Shown here: positions 40,082 to 50,588 of the stretch, piece after piece
Position numbering within the stretch: the stretch's first letter is position 1
Layout of the letters: the number at the start of each line of letters is the position of its first letter
Origin: an uncultured Methanosarcinales archaeon
GTDB taxonomy: Archaea > Nanobdellota > Nanobdellia > Woesearchaeales > CALCXY01
Assembly: GCA_964385185.1 (NCBI GenBank)
Contig: CAYLOA010000002.1
Location: 1 to 64,000 of the forward strand
Reading direction: 5' to 3'
DNA: 64,000 bases
Translations under genes and position numbers: made by a program
The notes under the pieces: model-generated
The model's database searches: none
What the model was told of the DNA's origin: nothing
The model's input: the letters and a program-made list of their open reading frames with translations, nothing else

Positions 40082-40150
40082 TTTCTTTACATACCTATAT
40101 TTACACAATAATGAAAAGTTTATTATATACACTCCTATTTTGAAACTATA

Positions 40151-42064
40151 ATGTCATTAAAACCAAAGCAATCAGGGAAAACAGGATTAGAGATTGTGGA
40201 AAAGGAATTTCCTGATCAGAAGCAACAGATAGTTGCAGCTAGAGTGAATGGAGAGATAGTTGATTTATCCAGAACTATCCCTAAAGATGCAACAGTTGAG
40301 TTAATCACCGTAGATGAACCTGAAGGGTTAGAGGTATTTAGACATTCATCAGCCCACTTACTCGCAGAAGCGATCATGCAACTCTATCCTAAGGCTAAAT
40401 TAACCATTGGACCTGTTGTGGAAGAAGGATTCTACTATGATGTCGATATGGATACTATCCAACCTGAAGATTTCAAAGCTATCGAAAGAAAGATGTATGA
40501 AATCAGAAAGAAAAATGAAGTAATCGAAAGAAAAGAAATTACTTTAGATGAAGCTCAAGAGATGTTTAAAGATAACAAATACAAATTAGAACTCATCAAA
40601 GAACATGGTGGAGATGATCAAGGAGACAGTAAAAAGGGTGGAAAACTAACCATTTACCAACAAGGAGAATTTTTTGATCTTTGCAGAGGACCACATCTTC
40701 CACGATTAGGATTAATCAAAGCCTTTAAACTTACAAAAGCAGCGGGAGCGTATTGGAGGGCAGATGCTAAGAATAAACAGTTACAAAGAATCTATGGAAT
40801 AAGTTTTCCAGAGAAAGAACAATTGAAAGAATATGTTAAGAATCTTGAAGAAGCTGAGAAAAGAGATCATAGAAAACTGGGACAACAATTAGATTTGTTT
40901 AGTTTTAATGATATTAGTCCTGGATCTCCCTTCTTTCATCCTAAAGGGGCTTTGATTTATATCGAATTACAAAACTATCTTCGAAGTTTATACAAGGATT
41001 GGGGATATAGTGAAGTGATTACTCCTTTAATTTATGATAAATCTTTATGGGAGCAATCAGGACACTGGAAAAACTATCAAGAGAATATGTTTTTGTTAAA
41101 GATGGATGGAAAGGAAGCTTCTTTGAAACCGATGAATTGTCCTTCACATATTTTGATCTATAAATCGCAAACAAGAAGTTATAATGATCTTCCTTTACGA
41201 TTAACTGATTTTGCACCGTTACATAGAAATGAACTTCGAGGCACTTTAGGGGGATTAACTCGAGTGAGAAAGTTTTCACAAGATGATTGTCACGTTTTTT
41301 GTACTCCTAAACAGATAAAGGAAGAGATTAAAAGTCATATTGAACACGTTCGGTTTATCTATGAAAAGATTTTTGGATTTGAATTTAGTGTTGAATTAAG
41401 CACCCGTCCTGAAAAAAGTATGGGTTCTAAGGAACAATGGGATGAAGCAGAGGAGTCTTTGAAGAAAGCTCTAGAGACTGCAAAGTGCAAGTACACTCTA
41501 AACGAAGGAGATGGTGCATTCTATGGACCTAAGATTGACTTTCATATTAAAGATTGTTTGGGAAGAAGTTGGCAATGTGCTACTGAACAATTAGATTTTC
41601 AGATGCCAGATAACTTTGATATTCAATATGAAGGTGATGATGGTAAAAGACATCGAGCTGTCATGCTTCATAGAACCGTACTGGGAAGTATGGAACGATT
41701 TATGGCTATCCTTATTGAACATTTTACAGGTAAGTTTCCTTTATGGTTAAGTCCCGTACAGGTACGAGTGGTAACAGTGAGTAATAAATTCGATTCTTTT
41801 GCTGAAGATGTCGTTAAAAAACTTGAAGAACATGATATTCGAGTTGATTTTGATAATAGTCCTAATCCTCTTCCTAAGAAAGTACGGAATGCTCAGTTGG
41901 AAAAGATTCCATTAGTAATAACTATTGGTGAAAAAGAAGTGACTGAGCAAGTATTGGCTGTTCGAACTTTGGATGGAAAGGTGAGTTATGGAATGAAAAT
42001 TCCAGACTTTATTCAAATGGTGCTTGCACATATATCTGGAAAAGCAATAGAAATTGGATTGTAA
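40151..42064 (+). CDS. thrS: threonine--tRNA ligase (bacterial-type)
   Basis: HSSAH, DLCRGPH, RDHRKLG, KPMNCP and GAFYGPKID motifs. Confidence 0.97.
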   Translation: MSLKPKQSGKTGLEIVEKEFPDQKQQIVAARVNGEIVDLSRTIPKDATVELITVDEPEGLEVFRHSSAHLLAEAIMQLYPKAKLTIGPVVEEGFYYDVDMDTIQPEDFKAIERKMYEIRKKNEVIERKEITLDEAQEMFKDNKYKLELIKEHGGDDQGDSKKGGKLTIYQQGEFFDLCRGPHLPRLGLIKAFKLTKAAGAYWRADAKNKQLQRIYGISFPEKEQLKEYVKNLEEAEKRDHRKLGQQLDLFSFNDISPGSPFFHPKGALIYIELQNYLRSLYKDWGYSEVITPLIYDKSLWEQSGHWKNYQENMFLLKMDGKEASLKPMNCPSHILIYKSQTRSYNDLPLRLTDFAPLHRNELRGTLGGLTRVRKFSQDDCHVFCTPKQIKEEIKSHIEHVRFIYEKIFGFEFSVELSTRPEKSMGSKEQWDEAEESLKKALETAKCKYTLNEGDGAFYGPKIDFHIKDCLGRSWQCATEQLDFQMPDNFDIQYEGDDGKRHRAVMLHRTVLGSMERFMAILIEHFTGKFPLWLSPVQVRVVTVSNKFDSFAEDVVKKLEEHDIRVDFDNSPNPLPKKVRNAQLEKIPLVITIGEKEVTEQVLAVRTLDGKVSYGMKIPDFIQMVLAHISGKAIEIGL

Positions 42065-42523
42065 TTAACTTACTTTAGGAGGTTTTGTCACATTCTTAGC
42101 TGAAGATGTACTATTTTCTGTTGTATGTCCTGTATTCCAGACAACAAAGGTACCTGCAATTTTATCATGTAGTCCTTGTTTTCTTGCGTCCCATGCAATC
42201 ATAAAATGACCAATGAATAATAGTATAGTGCTTAATATTTTTGCAAAGTATCGTATGACTGCTTTACCTATTCCAATATAAGAACCGTCTTCTTTGACAA
42301 TTTTCATTCCTAAGATTAATTTTCCAGGAGTTCCCCCTAGCATTCCATCCATATAGATAACGAGTACAACAACGGCAATCTGCATAATGCCTGATGCGAG
42401 TTCCCAACCTATGAGTAAACTTGCTATTAAAGCAATTAGAGAACCACCAAGACCGAATATAAGTGAATCGAGAATTGAAGCTCCCACTCGAGACCAAAAT
42501 CCTGCATATTTATCGTTTTGCAT
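42065..42523 (-). CDS. RDD family membrane protein
   Basis: YAGFW.R..A..LD, TPGK and QGLHDKIAGT.V motifs. Confidence 0.9.
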   Translation of the reverse strand: MQNDKYAGFWSRVGASILDSLIFGLGGSLIALIASLLIGWELASGIMQIAVVVLVIYMDGMLGGTPGKLILGMKIVKEDGSYIGIGKAVIRYFAKILSTILLFIGHFMIAWDARKQGLHDKIAGTFVVWNTGHTTENSTSSAKNVTKPPKVS

Positions 42524-42565
42524 GGTAATATTATAGAACTAATTCTATAAATAGTTATTGGTGAT

Positions 42566-43867
42566 CTATGATTGTCTCCTTCCAAATCTTCGTCTGTTAT
42601 TTCCTTTATTCTTACCTTTATATCCACCTGAAGAGGGACCTTTGTATCCACCACGGCCTTTAGGTCTTCTTCCTCTAGAGAATCTTCCCCCTCTTGGTGG
42701 AGGTTTAGCAGCCTGTCCCGTTGCATTCTTAGCAGCTTCTGAGTGAAATTCGTGATCAAGAACCTCTATTTTTTGTTTAATTAATCTTTCAATATCTCTA
42801 AGATAGTTTCTTTCATCAGCTGCACAAAATGAATAAGCTGTTCCTTCTGCTCCTGCTCTTGCAGTTCGTCCAATTCTGTGGACATAGCTTGGAGCTTCAT
42901 TGGGAAGCTCAAAATTTATTACGTGAGAAATGTTATCAATATCAATCCCTCTTGCTGCAATATCTGTTGCAACTAATACTTTTGTTCTTCCTGATTTAAA
43001 ATCTCTAATTGCTTTGGTTCTTGCAGCTTGAGATTTATTTCCATGAATGGCATCGGCTGCTATTCCATTTCTACTGAGGAAGATAGCTAATTTGTTTGCT
43101 TTATGTTTAGTTCTCGTAAAAACTAATACACTGGTAAGGTGTTTTTGATTCAGTAATTTTAACAATAATTTTTCTTTTGAGTGGGAGTCTACAAAAAGAA
43201 TCTTTTGCTCTATAAGTTCAACTGTAGTTGCTTGAGAAGCTACTTGAACATGGATTGGATTTTTTAAGAGACTTCCAGCCAATTTGTTAATCGGTGGTGA
43301 CATGGTTGCTGAAAAGAATAATGTCTGTTTTTTATCTGGTAATGTTGCGATTAATTTTTTAATATCATCAATAAATCCCATATCTAACATTCTGTCTGCT
43401 TCATCTAATACAAAAAATTCAACATCGCTTAATTTTAATCGTCTTTGATTCATAAGGTCTAAGAGTCTACCGGGAGTTGCTACTAAAATATCTACCCCTC
43501 TTTGTAGAGCTTTAACTTGAGGACCTTGTCCTACTCCCCCAAATACTACGGTATGCTTAAATTTTAGAAATTCACCATATTCCCGAAAACTTTCTCCAAT
43601 TTGAGCTGCAAGTTCTCTTGTTGGTGCAAGAACAAGCACTTTTATTTTTCTAGGATAATTTTCTTTTAATCTTTGTAAAATAGGAAGAATAAATGCAGCA
43701 GTTTTACCCGTACCTGTTTTTGCAATACCAATAACATCTCGACCTTCTAGTGCATCAGGAATGGATTTAGCTTGAATAGGTGTTGAAATGGTATATCCTT
43801 GTTTCTCTACAGCTCTAAAGAGCTCTGGCATGAGCTTCAATTCTTTGAATGTTTTCTCCTCAGTCAT
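42566..43867 (-). CDS. DEAD-box RNA helicase (RhlE-like)
   Basis: GTGKT, PTRELA, DEAD, SAT and HRIGRTAR motifs, RG-rich tail. Confidence 0.95.
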   Translation of the reverse strand: MTEEKTFKELKLMPELFRAVEKQGYTISTPIQAKSIPDALEGRDVIGIAKTGTGKTAAFILPILQRLKENYPRKIKVLVLAPTRELAAQIGESFREYGEFLKFKHTVVFGGVGQGPQVKALQRGVDILVATPGRLLDLMNQRRLKLSDVEFFVLDEADRMLDMGFIDDIKKLIATLPDKKQTLFFSATMSPPINKLAGSLLKNPIHVQVASQATTVELIEQKILFVDSHSKEKLLLKLLNQKHLTSVLVFTRTKHKANKLAIFLSRNGIAADAIHGNKSQAARTKAIRDFKSGRTKVLVATDIAARGIDIDNISHVINFELPNEAPSYVHRIGRTARAGAEGTAYSFCAADERNYLRDIERLIKQKIEVLDHEFHSEAAKNATGQAAKPPPRGGRFSRGRRPKGRGGYKGPSSGGYKGKNKGNNRRRFGRRQS

Positions 43868-43960
43868 AGTATTATGAGGTATTAGGTTGCTTATAAAGCT
43901 ACCTTTCTTGTATCTATTTCATAATCTTGATTTTGCAGTATGTAAATACTCATCTTCTCT

Positions 43961-44105
43961 AAAAAAATTAAGTTACACCTTGTGTGTTGGAGTGATGCTA
44001 CTGGGCCCAGCGCTATATTAAATTGTCCTTCTTGATGCTGAAGGACAATTTAAGCGCTGCATTGGCGCCAGTAACATCACAAACACAGTTGGTGTAACTA
44101 TCCCT
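43961..44105 (-). ncRNA. rod-shaped hairpin RNA candidate (about 130-140 nt)
   Basis: Imperfect inverted repeat at 43971-44099. TATA-like box at about 44118-44126 and a T7 run after the hairpin on the minus strand. Confidence 0.5.
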
Positions 44106-44164
44106 GTAAGAGTAAGATTTATATATCATAATCTCAGAATTAAGGTATTATTAGTGTAAAACCA

Positions 44165-45277
44165 ATGGTTAAAAAGGGGATTTTAGTAGTATTGGTAGTA
44201 ATTTTGCTTAGTGTAGTAGTTTCTGCTATTAGTTTACCTGAATCTCCTGCAATTCCTGGAACTGAGGGAAGTACTGCAACTGTTGAAACGAACACTCCTG
44301 AGCCTATAACAGAGACAGATGTTATTTTAGAACCAAGTGTAAATAGAAAGGTTACTGGTGGTATTGTAAAAGTATTTATTGAAAATGCAGAATCTTTTAT
44401 TTTAACTGAAAAATTGTCTTCTGGGATGAGTGCTTCAGCTATTTCTCATGATGGTGTATTTAATCCTACTTCAAGAGAGATTAAATGGGTAATTTTAGAA
44501 GCCCCTAGTAGTGAAATTTCTTATGTTGTTACAGGCGCTGGAGAAGTTCAAGGACAGTTAACTACTGTAGGAAATCCTCCAAGTATTATTACCATTCCTT
44601 CTGAAACTATTGGGACCCCCGTTGAACCCGATCAAAATGATTTTAGTGGTTTTACTGATGATTTACAAGATACCAGTATACCTGATGCTTTTCCAAGTAT
44701 TCCTACTCCTACTAGTGTGCAACAACCTGTTCAATCAATTCCTGTTGTGAGTCAACCTGCTGTTCAACAACCAATTCCTCAACCATCAAGTTTTGGTCAG
44801 GCAACTACCGTTCCTTTAACACAAAGTGATACTGCTGGACTAGATAGTGATATTCGGGATGAGTTTGATACCGAAACCTTACCCAGTACTATCAGTGATG
44901 AAGAAAAGAATGTTTTATTTTTAAAGGAGACTCAAGCTTTGGCTAATAAAACCAAGAAATCCCATACAGGACCTATTATCTTTTTTATGTTGCTTATTGC
45001 CTTATTAGCTGGGGGGTCATCTTACTATTTTATTATGGAGAAAGTGCATGGAAATATTCCTCATCAACATTTTCATCATGAACATAGAAGAAATAAAGAG
45101 GCTAGCGCTCAACCAAAGAATCACAATCAAATGATTTATTTGTTAAGTTACTATATTTCTACCAATTTGAAGAATGGGTTTGCCATTAACCAATTATACC
45201 CTATGATGAGAGCTCAGGGGTATTCTGAGGCCGTTATTAAGCAAGCATATCAGATGGCCATGAAGAAGTGGAGTTAG
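44165..45277 (+). CDS. secreted, membrane-anchored surface protein with P/T/Q-rich linker
   Basis: Signal peptide, low-complexity linker, C-terminal TM and short cytoplasmic G....I.....QGY....I domain. Confidence 0.65.
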   Translation: MVKKGILVVLVVILLSVVVSAISLPESPAIPGTEGSTATVETNTPEPITETDVILEPSVNRKVTGGIVKVFIENAESFILTEKLSSGMSASAISHDGVFNPTSREIKWVILEAPSSEISYVVTGAGEVQGQLTTVGNPPSIITIPSETIGTPVEPDQNDFSGFTDDLQDTSIPDAFPSIPTPTSVQQPVQSIPVVSQPAVQQPIPQPSSFGQATTVPLTQSDTAGLDSDIRDEFDTETLPSTISDEEKNVLFLKETQALANKTKKSHTGPIIFFMLLIALLAGGSSYYFIMEKVHGNIPHQHFHHEHRRNKEASAQPKNHNQMIYLLSYYISTNLKNGFAINQLYPMMRAQGYSEAVIKQAYQMAMKKWS

Positions 45278-45318
45278 AAACAGCATAATTTATAAACGTC
45301 AATACGTCCTCTCATTCT

Positions 45319-46680
45319 ATGGTATTAGAAAAATTAGGATCTTCGTTAAAAGATACTTTATCGAAAATAGCTAAGAGTATGTTTGTAGATGAAAAACTCT
45401 TGAATGAGTTAGTCAAAGACATACAGAAAGCTCTTCTTCAAGCAGATGTTAATGTTCAATTAGTGTTTACTTTATCTAAACAGATTAAAGAGAGAGGACT
45501 TAAAGAAGAGCCTCCAAAAGGATTAGATAAGAAAGAACATCTTATCAATATTGTCTATGAAGAATTAACCAACTTTGTGGGTGGAGAAAAGAAAGAACTC
45601 TCATTTAACAAGAAAAAACCTTTCAAAATTATGATGGTAGGATTATTTGGTCAAGGAAAAACTACCACTTCAGGAAAACTTGCTAATTATTACGCTAAAA
45701 GAGGATTCAAAGTTGCCATGATTGGATTGGATACATTCCGACCTGCAGCTATGGAGCAGGTTGAGCAATTAGGAAAGCAAATTAACGTTCCTGTTTTTGT
45801 TAATAAAAATGAAAAGGATGCTGTTACAGTATACAAAGAGTTTGAAGCTGAATATGTTAACTATGATGTCCTTATTGTAGATACAGCTGGACGAGATGCA
45901 TTAGATGATGAATTAGTTACGGAAATAACTGGTATAACTGAAGTTGTTCAACCTGATGAAAAATTCTTAGTGATGAGTGCAGATGTGGGGCAAGCTGCCC
46001 AAGTGCAAGCTGAGGAGTTCCATAAGACATGTGGAGTAACCGGAGTTATTGTTACACGTATGGATGGAACTGCTAAAGCTGGTGGGGCGTTAAGTGCATG
46101 TGCTGTTACTGAGTCACCTATTATCTTCTTAGGAATTGGTGAAAAGGTAAACGATCTAGAACCGTTTAACCCTGCTGGATTTATTGGACGATTACTTGGT
46201 ATGGGAGATCTTGAGGCTTTGTTAGATAAAGCTAAAGAAGCTATCTCAGAAGAGGACGCAGCAGATCTTGGGAAGAAATTGTTAAAAGGTGAATTTAACC
46301 TTATTGATTTGTATGAACAGATGGCTGCTATGAGAAAAATGGGTCCTTTGAATAAAATCGTTGAGATGGTTCCTGGTTTTTCTCAATTGAAGATGCCCAA
46401 GGAAATGTTAGAAGGTCAAGATGTTAAACTTGATAAGTGGAGATTTATGTTGAACAGTATGACTCGAGAAGAGTTGGAAGATCCTGAAATTATTACCTCT
46501 CAAAGGGTAGATAGAATTGCCAAAGGTTCTGGTTGTTCTACTAAGGAGATGAGGGAATTGATTAAACAATATAGACAGAGTAAAAAGATGTTGAAGATGA
46601 TGAAAGGTGGCGACCCTGAGAAGATGATGAAGAAATTAGGTGGCATGCAACAGAAAGGTATGGGTAAGGTTAAGTTTTAA
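45319..46680 (+). CDS. srp54: signal recognition particle protein SRP54
   Basis: G..GQGKTT, DTFRPAA, DTAGR, DGTAKAGG motifs and Met-rich M domain. Confidence 0.96.
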   Translation: MVLEKLGSSLKDTLSKIAKSMFVDEKLLNELVKDIQKALLQADVNVQLVFTLSKQIKERGLKEEPPKGLDKKEHLINIVYEELTNFVGGEKKELSFNKKKPFKIMMVGLFGQGKTTTSGKLANYYAKRGFKVAMIGLDTFRPAAMEQVEQLGKQINVPVFVNKNEKDAVTVYKEFEAEYVNYDVLIVDTAGRDALDDELVTEITGITEVVQPDEKFLVMSADVGQAAQVQAEEFHKTCGVTGVIVTRMDGTAKAGGALSACAVTESPIIFLGIGEKVNDLEPFNPAGFIGRLLGMGDLEALLDKAKEAISEEDAADLGKKLLKGEFNLIDLYEQMAAMRKMGPLNKIVEMVPGFSQLKMPKEMLEGQDVKLDKWRFMLNSMTREELEDPEIITSQRVDRIAKGSGCSTKEMRELIKQYRQSKKMLKMMKGGDPEKMMKKLGGMQQKGMGKVKF

Positions 46681-46734
46681 GTTTCTTTATTTAATATGTT
46701 TTGATTGAATACATACACCATTTCTTTGCATCGT

Positions 46735-47328
46735 TTATCTAATTTTATGATGTTTTGATGAAGAGTTAATCAATACTAAACTTTCTTTTACAGGATGGTC
46801 ATATTTTCCTTCCATAAATTCAATTATTGATGTGGTAAAATCATCCAATGTGAAATTAACTCCATCGGAAGGGTCTAGGATTTCTAAGGGTTGGTAACCT
46901 CTTTTATGTGCAGTAAGAGCATTTTCTTCTAAAGCTAAAATGGGATAATCTGGATTATAGTCTAAATGACGAATCGATCTCTGAACCACTCCACTATTGG
47001 ATTGAATATGTCTTCCCAAAATGTGCCTTAAGGATCTTTTTCGTAGGTTGATATCAAACCAATAGAGATCTTTCTGAGGTGGAGGATCTTCTGGAATAGC
47101 CAATACTGCAGTATCATGAGTTGATATTCGAATACTGCAGTGTACTGGTCGACCCTGTTCTACATCTTCTTTTATTGAATCAAAATACTCAGTCTGTCTA
47201 GATCCTGAAAAAACATCAAAGATCGTTTCTACTTGTGGAGTACTGGCCCAAAGTGCTTGATCATATGTTGGAGATAGAGCATACACCGTTGCTGGAAGAA
47301 TTTTGCCTATAAATGGGTGCTCTTGCAT
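46735..47328 (-). CDS. hypothetical protein
   Basis: 197-aa ORF, no motif recognised. Confidence 0.55.
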   Translation of the reverse strand: MQEHPFIGKILPATVYALSPTYDQALWASTPQVETIFDVFSGSRQTEYFDSIKEDVEQGRPVHCSIRISTHDTAVLAIPEDPPPQKDLYWFDINLRKRSLRHILGRHIQSNSGVVQRSIRHLDYNPDYPILALEENALTAHKRGYQPLEILDPSDGVNFTLDDFTTSIIEFMEGKYDHPVKESLVLINSSSKHHKIR

Positions 47329-47394
47329 ATCTATAGGAATTATTCTCCATTAATAAATTTTCACATTCTATTTAAGTAGTAAATAAGAAATTCG

Positions 47395-48492
47395 TTACAT
47401 TAACTTAGTAATGGACATCTTACCATCGGCAGCTTTGATAACTAGATCTTGCTTTTCATCGAATTTAGTCAATCTTGTTACGATTTCTGGCAATAGTATT
47501 CTGTTTCCACGCATGTCAACATTGGTAATTATTTGTTTAACGGTAGGATTAGCTTCATCTCTGATACCTAGTTGACCTAATACAGAAGATTTTTCTTTGG
47601 CTAATCCTTTATTTGCAATTTGTTCTGATCTCATAAACATATATTTAGCCATTTCATCGGCAACATCAATTTTAGTTGCATCGGTAATTCCTTGGAGTCC
47701 AGGAGAGAGGTTTACTTCTATTACTTTACATCCTGAGGGACTTTCTAACATGTCCACACCACAGATATCTAAATTGAGAGCCTTAGCTGATTCTACAGCC
47801 GTTTTTTGGGCGTTATAATCAAGTATAACAGACTCACCTTTACCACCGGCGTGGATATTTGATCGGGATTCGCCAGAAGCTGCTTTTCTTTTCATTCCAG
47901 CAACCACTTTATCTCCTACTACAATCGCTCGTATATCGACACCAGCGGTGTCTACGAACTCTTGGATGATAAATGGTTGTCTGAGTGAGTCTAAGGTATC
48001 TAACATAGATGAGGCTGCTGCAAAGGTATCTGCAAACATCACACCTTTTCCTTGTGTTCCATGTGGCAACTTCATGATAATAGGATAGTTAATTTTATCT
48101 AACAAATTCTTAGCTGCTTTAGAACTGGAAACAATGTATGTTGTAGGCATGGGTACTTTTGCTTCTTGCAATTTTAATTGTGTCAATAATTTATGATGTC
48201 CATCGGTAAATGCAGAGGGTGAAATGGGCATGTATGTTCTTCCCCAATAGGCTGTTGTTAATGATTGTAACAATTCAGCGTATCTGAATGAACCTTTAAT
48301 ATAAGCACAGTCAAATGCTTTCAGTGGTTCACCGTTGTATAATACTTCAGCTTTATCTCCTGAAACATTCACTTCGATAAACCGAATATCGATCATTTCT
48401 ACTTTAGAAAAGTATTTTCTCATTGCTTCAGCTAACATATCTGAACTCTTGCTTCCTAGGCTAAAAATAGCCGCTGTTAGTGTGTTGTTCAT
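47395..48492 (-). CDS. rimK: RimK-family ATP-grasp alpha-L-glutamate ligase with C-terminal AbrB-like extension
   Basis: K...GTQG.GV, QEF, DIR..VVG, RSN.H.GG, GVD and EVN.SPG motifs. Confidence 0.88.
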   Translation of the reverse strand: MNNTLTAAIFSLGSKSSDMLAEAMRKYFSKVEMIDIRFIEVNVSGDKAEVLYNGEPLKAFDCAYIKGSFRYAELLQSLTTAYWGRTYMPISPSAFTDGHHKLLTQLKLQEAKVPMPTTYIVSSSKAAKNLLDKINYPIIMKLPHGTQGKGVMFADTFAAASSMLDTLDSLRQPFIIQEFVDTAGVDIRAIVVGDKVVAGMKRKAASGESRSNIHAGGKGESVILDYNAQKTAVESAKALNLDICGVDMLESPSGCKVIEVNLSPGLQGITDATKIDVADEMAKYMFMRSEQIANKGLAKEKSSVLGQLGIRDEANPTVKQIITNVDMRGNRILLPEIVTRLTKFDEKQDLVIKAADGKMSITKLM

Positions 48493-48860
48493 TTTTTTAT
48501 TTTAGTAGGTTTGTGATGCAACAAAGGATCGATCAAGAATCCTCTTTTGAGGATGTTTTGTCCTATCAATGCTTTGTATTTCATCTTTGATCTATCTGCA
48601 ATGTTGAATAAAAAATTAAATGTTCTTCCTTTCAGTTTTACACGTGCTTTGATGAAAGGCCTTTGTTTTGCCCCTGAAGCAGACTTGACTTCATCATACT
48701 TAATAATGGGACCTAGGCTTAATTTATCTGCTAAGGCTTTATCTATGGATGATGTAACAGCTCCTGTATCAATTCTGGCAAGAACTTGTAGTTCTTGTTT
48801 TGGTCCAATCATAGTAACTGTTTCATCTAATCCTATGACTGTTTTGTCTTTTGGAACCAT
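48489..48860 (-). CDS. RimK-associated putative protease (retropepsin-like, RimB type)
   Basis: ARIDTGA..SS, R, DRS.M.Y..LIG and F.IDP motifs. ATGA overlap with rimK. Confidence 0.85.
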   Translation of the reverse strand: MVPKDKTVIGLDETVTMIGPKQELQVLARIDTGAVTSSIDKALADKLSLGPIIKYDEVKSASGAKQRPFIKARVKLKGRTFNFLFNIADRSKMKYKALIGQNILKRGFLIDPLLHHKPTKIKK

Positions 48861-48945
48861 GCTACTAAGTGACTTTGGCTATTATATAAGTGTTTTGGTG
48901 CTGTGGCAGAAGGGTTAAAATGGCAGAATTTACGTCTTTTAGAAG

Positions 48946-50550
48946 CTATATAGTCTTAAACAATTTACTCACTTTTTCAGTTCCAATACTAATAACTAAA
49001 GTTGCCAGTTTAGGTCCTCTTTCTCGGTTGAGTAAAACTTTATATCCTGCTTGGAACAATTCTTTAGGTGAAAGTTCCATATCTTTGCAAATGTTAAAAA
49101 ATTCAGCATACAATGATTCCTCATTAAAAGATTCTTTGTGGAGTGCATCAGCAATTCTGTGGAGTGCTTCTTTTTGTTTATCTTCTAATTGTAAGTTTGG
49201 AGGAAGTTCCTCTTGTACAGAGAATTTTTGGTTATCTGGGACGTAGGTATCTAAATACTTTTGTGCATATTTTATTCGTTCTAATATTTCCTTCTTCTTT
49301 TCTTTCTCCCAATGATTAGTTTTTTCTAATACGTTAATGATATCTTTTTCTTTCTTGAAAACTTGTGCTACCATCATAGCATGTGAGAAACTCATCTTTA
49401 AAGGCACTCTGGGTTTGTCTAATGCAGTAACGGCAAACAATCTTTTATGATGTGCAATTTCTTTTTTGTTGTCAAGTTTTTTCTCACCGGTTTGGATTCT
49501 TGCCATATCATCGAATTCATCATACATTCTGGGAAGATCTTGCCAGCTAAAACTCCGTGTTTTCATTATTTTTTTATTATAAAACATTCTAAGCATTTCT
49601 GGAGGGGCAACTTGGATCCAATCCTTAGGGTAGATGACATTCCCTAATGATGCTGACATTTTTTCATTGTCAATCATTAAATGTTCATAAAAAATAGGTT
49701 CTGGTTGAGGAAATTTGAGTACTTTTTCAGCTATCTCTCCATTAATCCAGAATGCTGATCCAGGAACTTGATATTCTTTTCCAGCACCTTCAGCTACCAC
49801 ATTCCACATGGCCCACTCTGCAGCCCATTCAGATTTCCACATCAGTTTTCCGTTTCCTTTCATAGGGTCAGAAATACCTTTGTGACCACATCCTGTTGCG
49901 GTTGTTGTTTCAAATTTGTAATCTTGGCATACATAGTGGAACAATCCGTCTTGGACATCTGTTAACTTTGTAGTTGATAATTTTCCACACTTATCACAAA
50001 TCGGTCTCCAAGGACTCCAATCTAATTGTTTTTCTTTTCTAAATTTATTCTGGATGTCCCTTGTTAATTCTGTTTGTTTGACTATTTTTTTTATGAAGGG
50101 TTTAAACGTTCCTTTAAGATATTCTTCTCTTGTAGAGTAGACTTTCATCTTTGTGGAGACAAAGTCATGGATCACTTTAAGATATTCTTCTCTGTGATGA
50201 TCAGCATAGGATTTATGACACCCTTCTGGGTCTGGAATATCTGTTACAGGCATTCCTAGGTATTTTTTATAGGATGCTGGAACGCCTTTAGGGACTTTTC
50301 TAAAAGGATCCATATCTTCTGCTACCCAGATGAGTCTTGCTTTCTTTCCAGCGTCTTTTAGTGCTCTATAGACAGATTCTGATCTGATGGTGTCTGATAA
50401 TCTTCCTATATGGAGGACTCCACTTAGTGAAGCTGATGTTTTTACGGTGTATTCTTTAGGTTGTTTTATTTTATCATCTGTGTAGAAGAATTTCTTTCTA
50501 TTAATGATAGAAGATGCTATTTGATCCGCCCAAAACAGTTCATCTGACAT
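48946..50550 (-). CDS. lysS: lysine--tRNA ligase, class I
   Basis: SG.LHIG, D..RKVP, CxxCG, GKL.WK, KMSAS.GN and GPKL motifs. Confidence 0.95.
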   Translation of the reverse strand: MSDELFWADQIASSIINRKKFFYTDDKIKQPKEYTVKTSASLSGVLHIGRLSDTIRSESVYRALKDAGKKARLIWVAEDMDPFRKVPKGVPASYKKYLGMPVTDIPDPEGCHKSYADHHREEYLKVIHDFVSTKMKVYSTREEYLKGTFKPFIKKIVKQTELTRDIQNKFRKEKQLDWSPWRPICDKCGKLSTTKLTDVQDGLFHYVCQDYKFETTTATGCGHKGISDPMKGNGKLMWKSEWAAEWAMWNVVAEGAGKEYQVPGSAFWINGEIAEKVLKFPQPEPIFYEHLMIDNEKMSASLGNVIYPKDWIQVAPPEMLRMFYNKKIMKTRSFSWQDLPRMYDEFDDMARIQTGEKKLDNKKEIAHHKRLFAVTALDKPRVPLKMSFSHAMMVAQVFKKEKDIINVLEKTNHWEKEKKKEILERIKYAQKYLDTYVPDNQKFSVQEELPPNLQLEDKQKEALHRIADALHKESFNEESLYAEFFNICKDMELSPKELFQAGYKVLLNRERGPKLATLVISIGTEKVSKLFKTI

Positions 50551-50588
50551 ACTTTATATGATGAGAAGGGGTTATTTAAAGGTTATTG

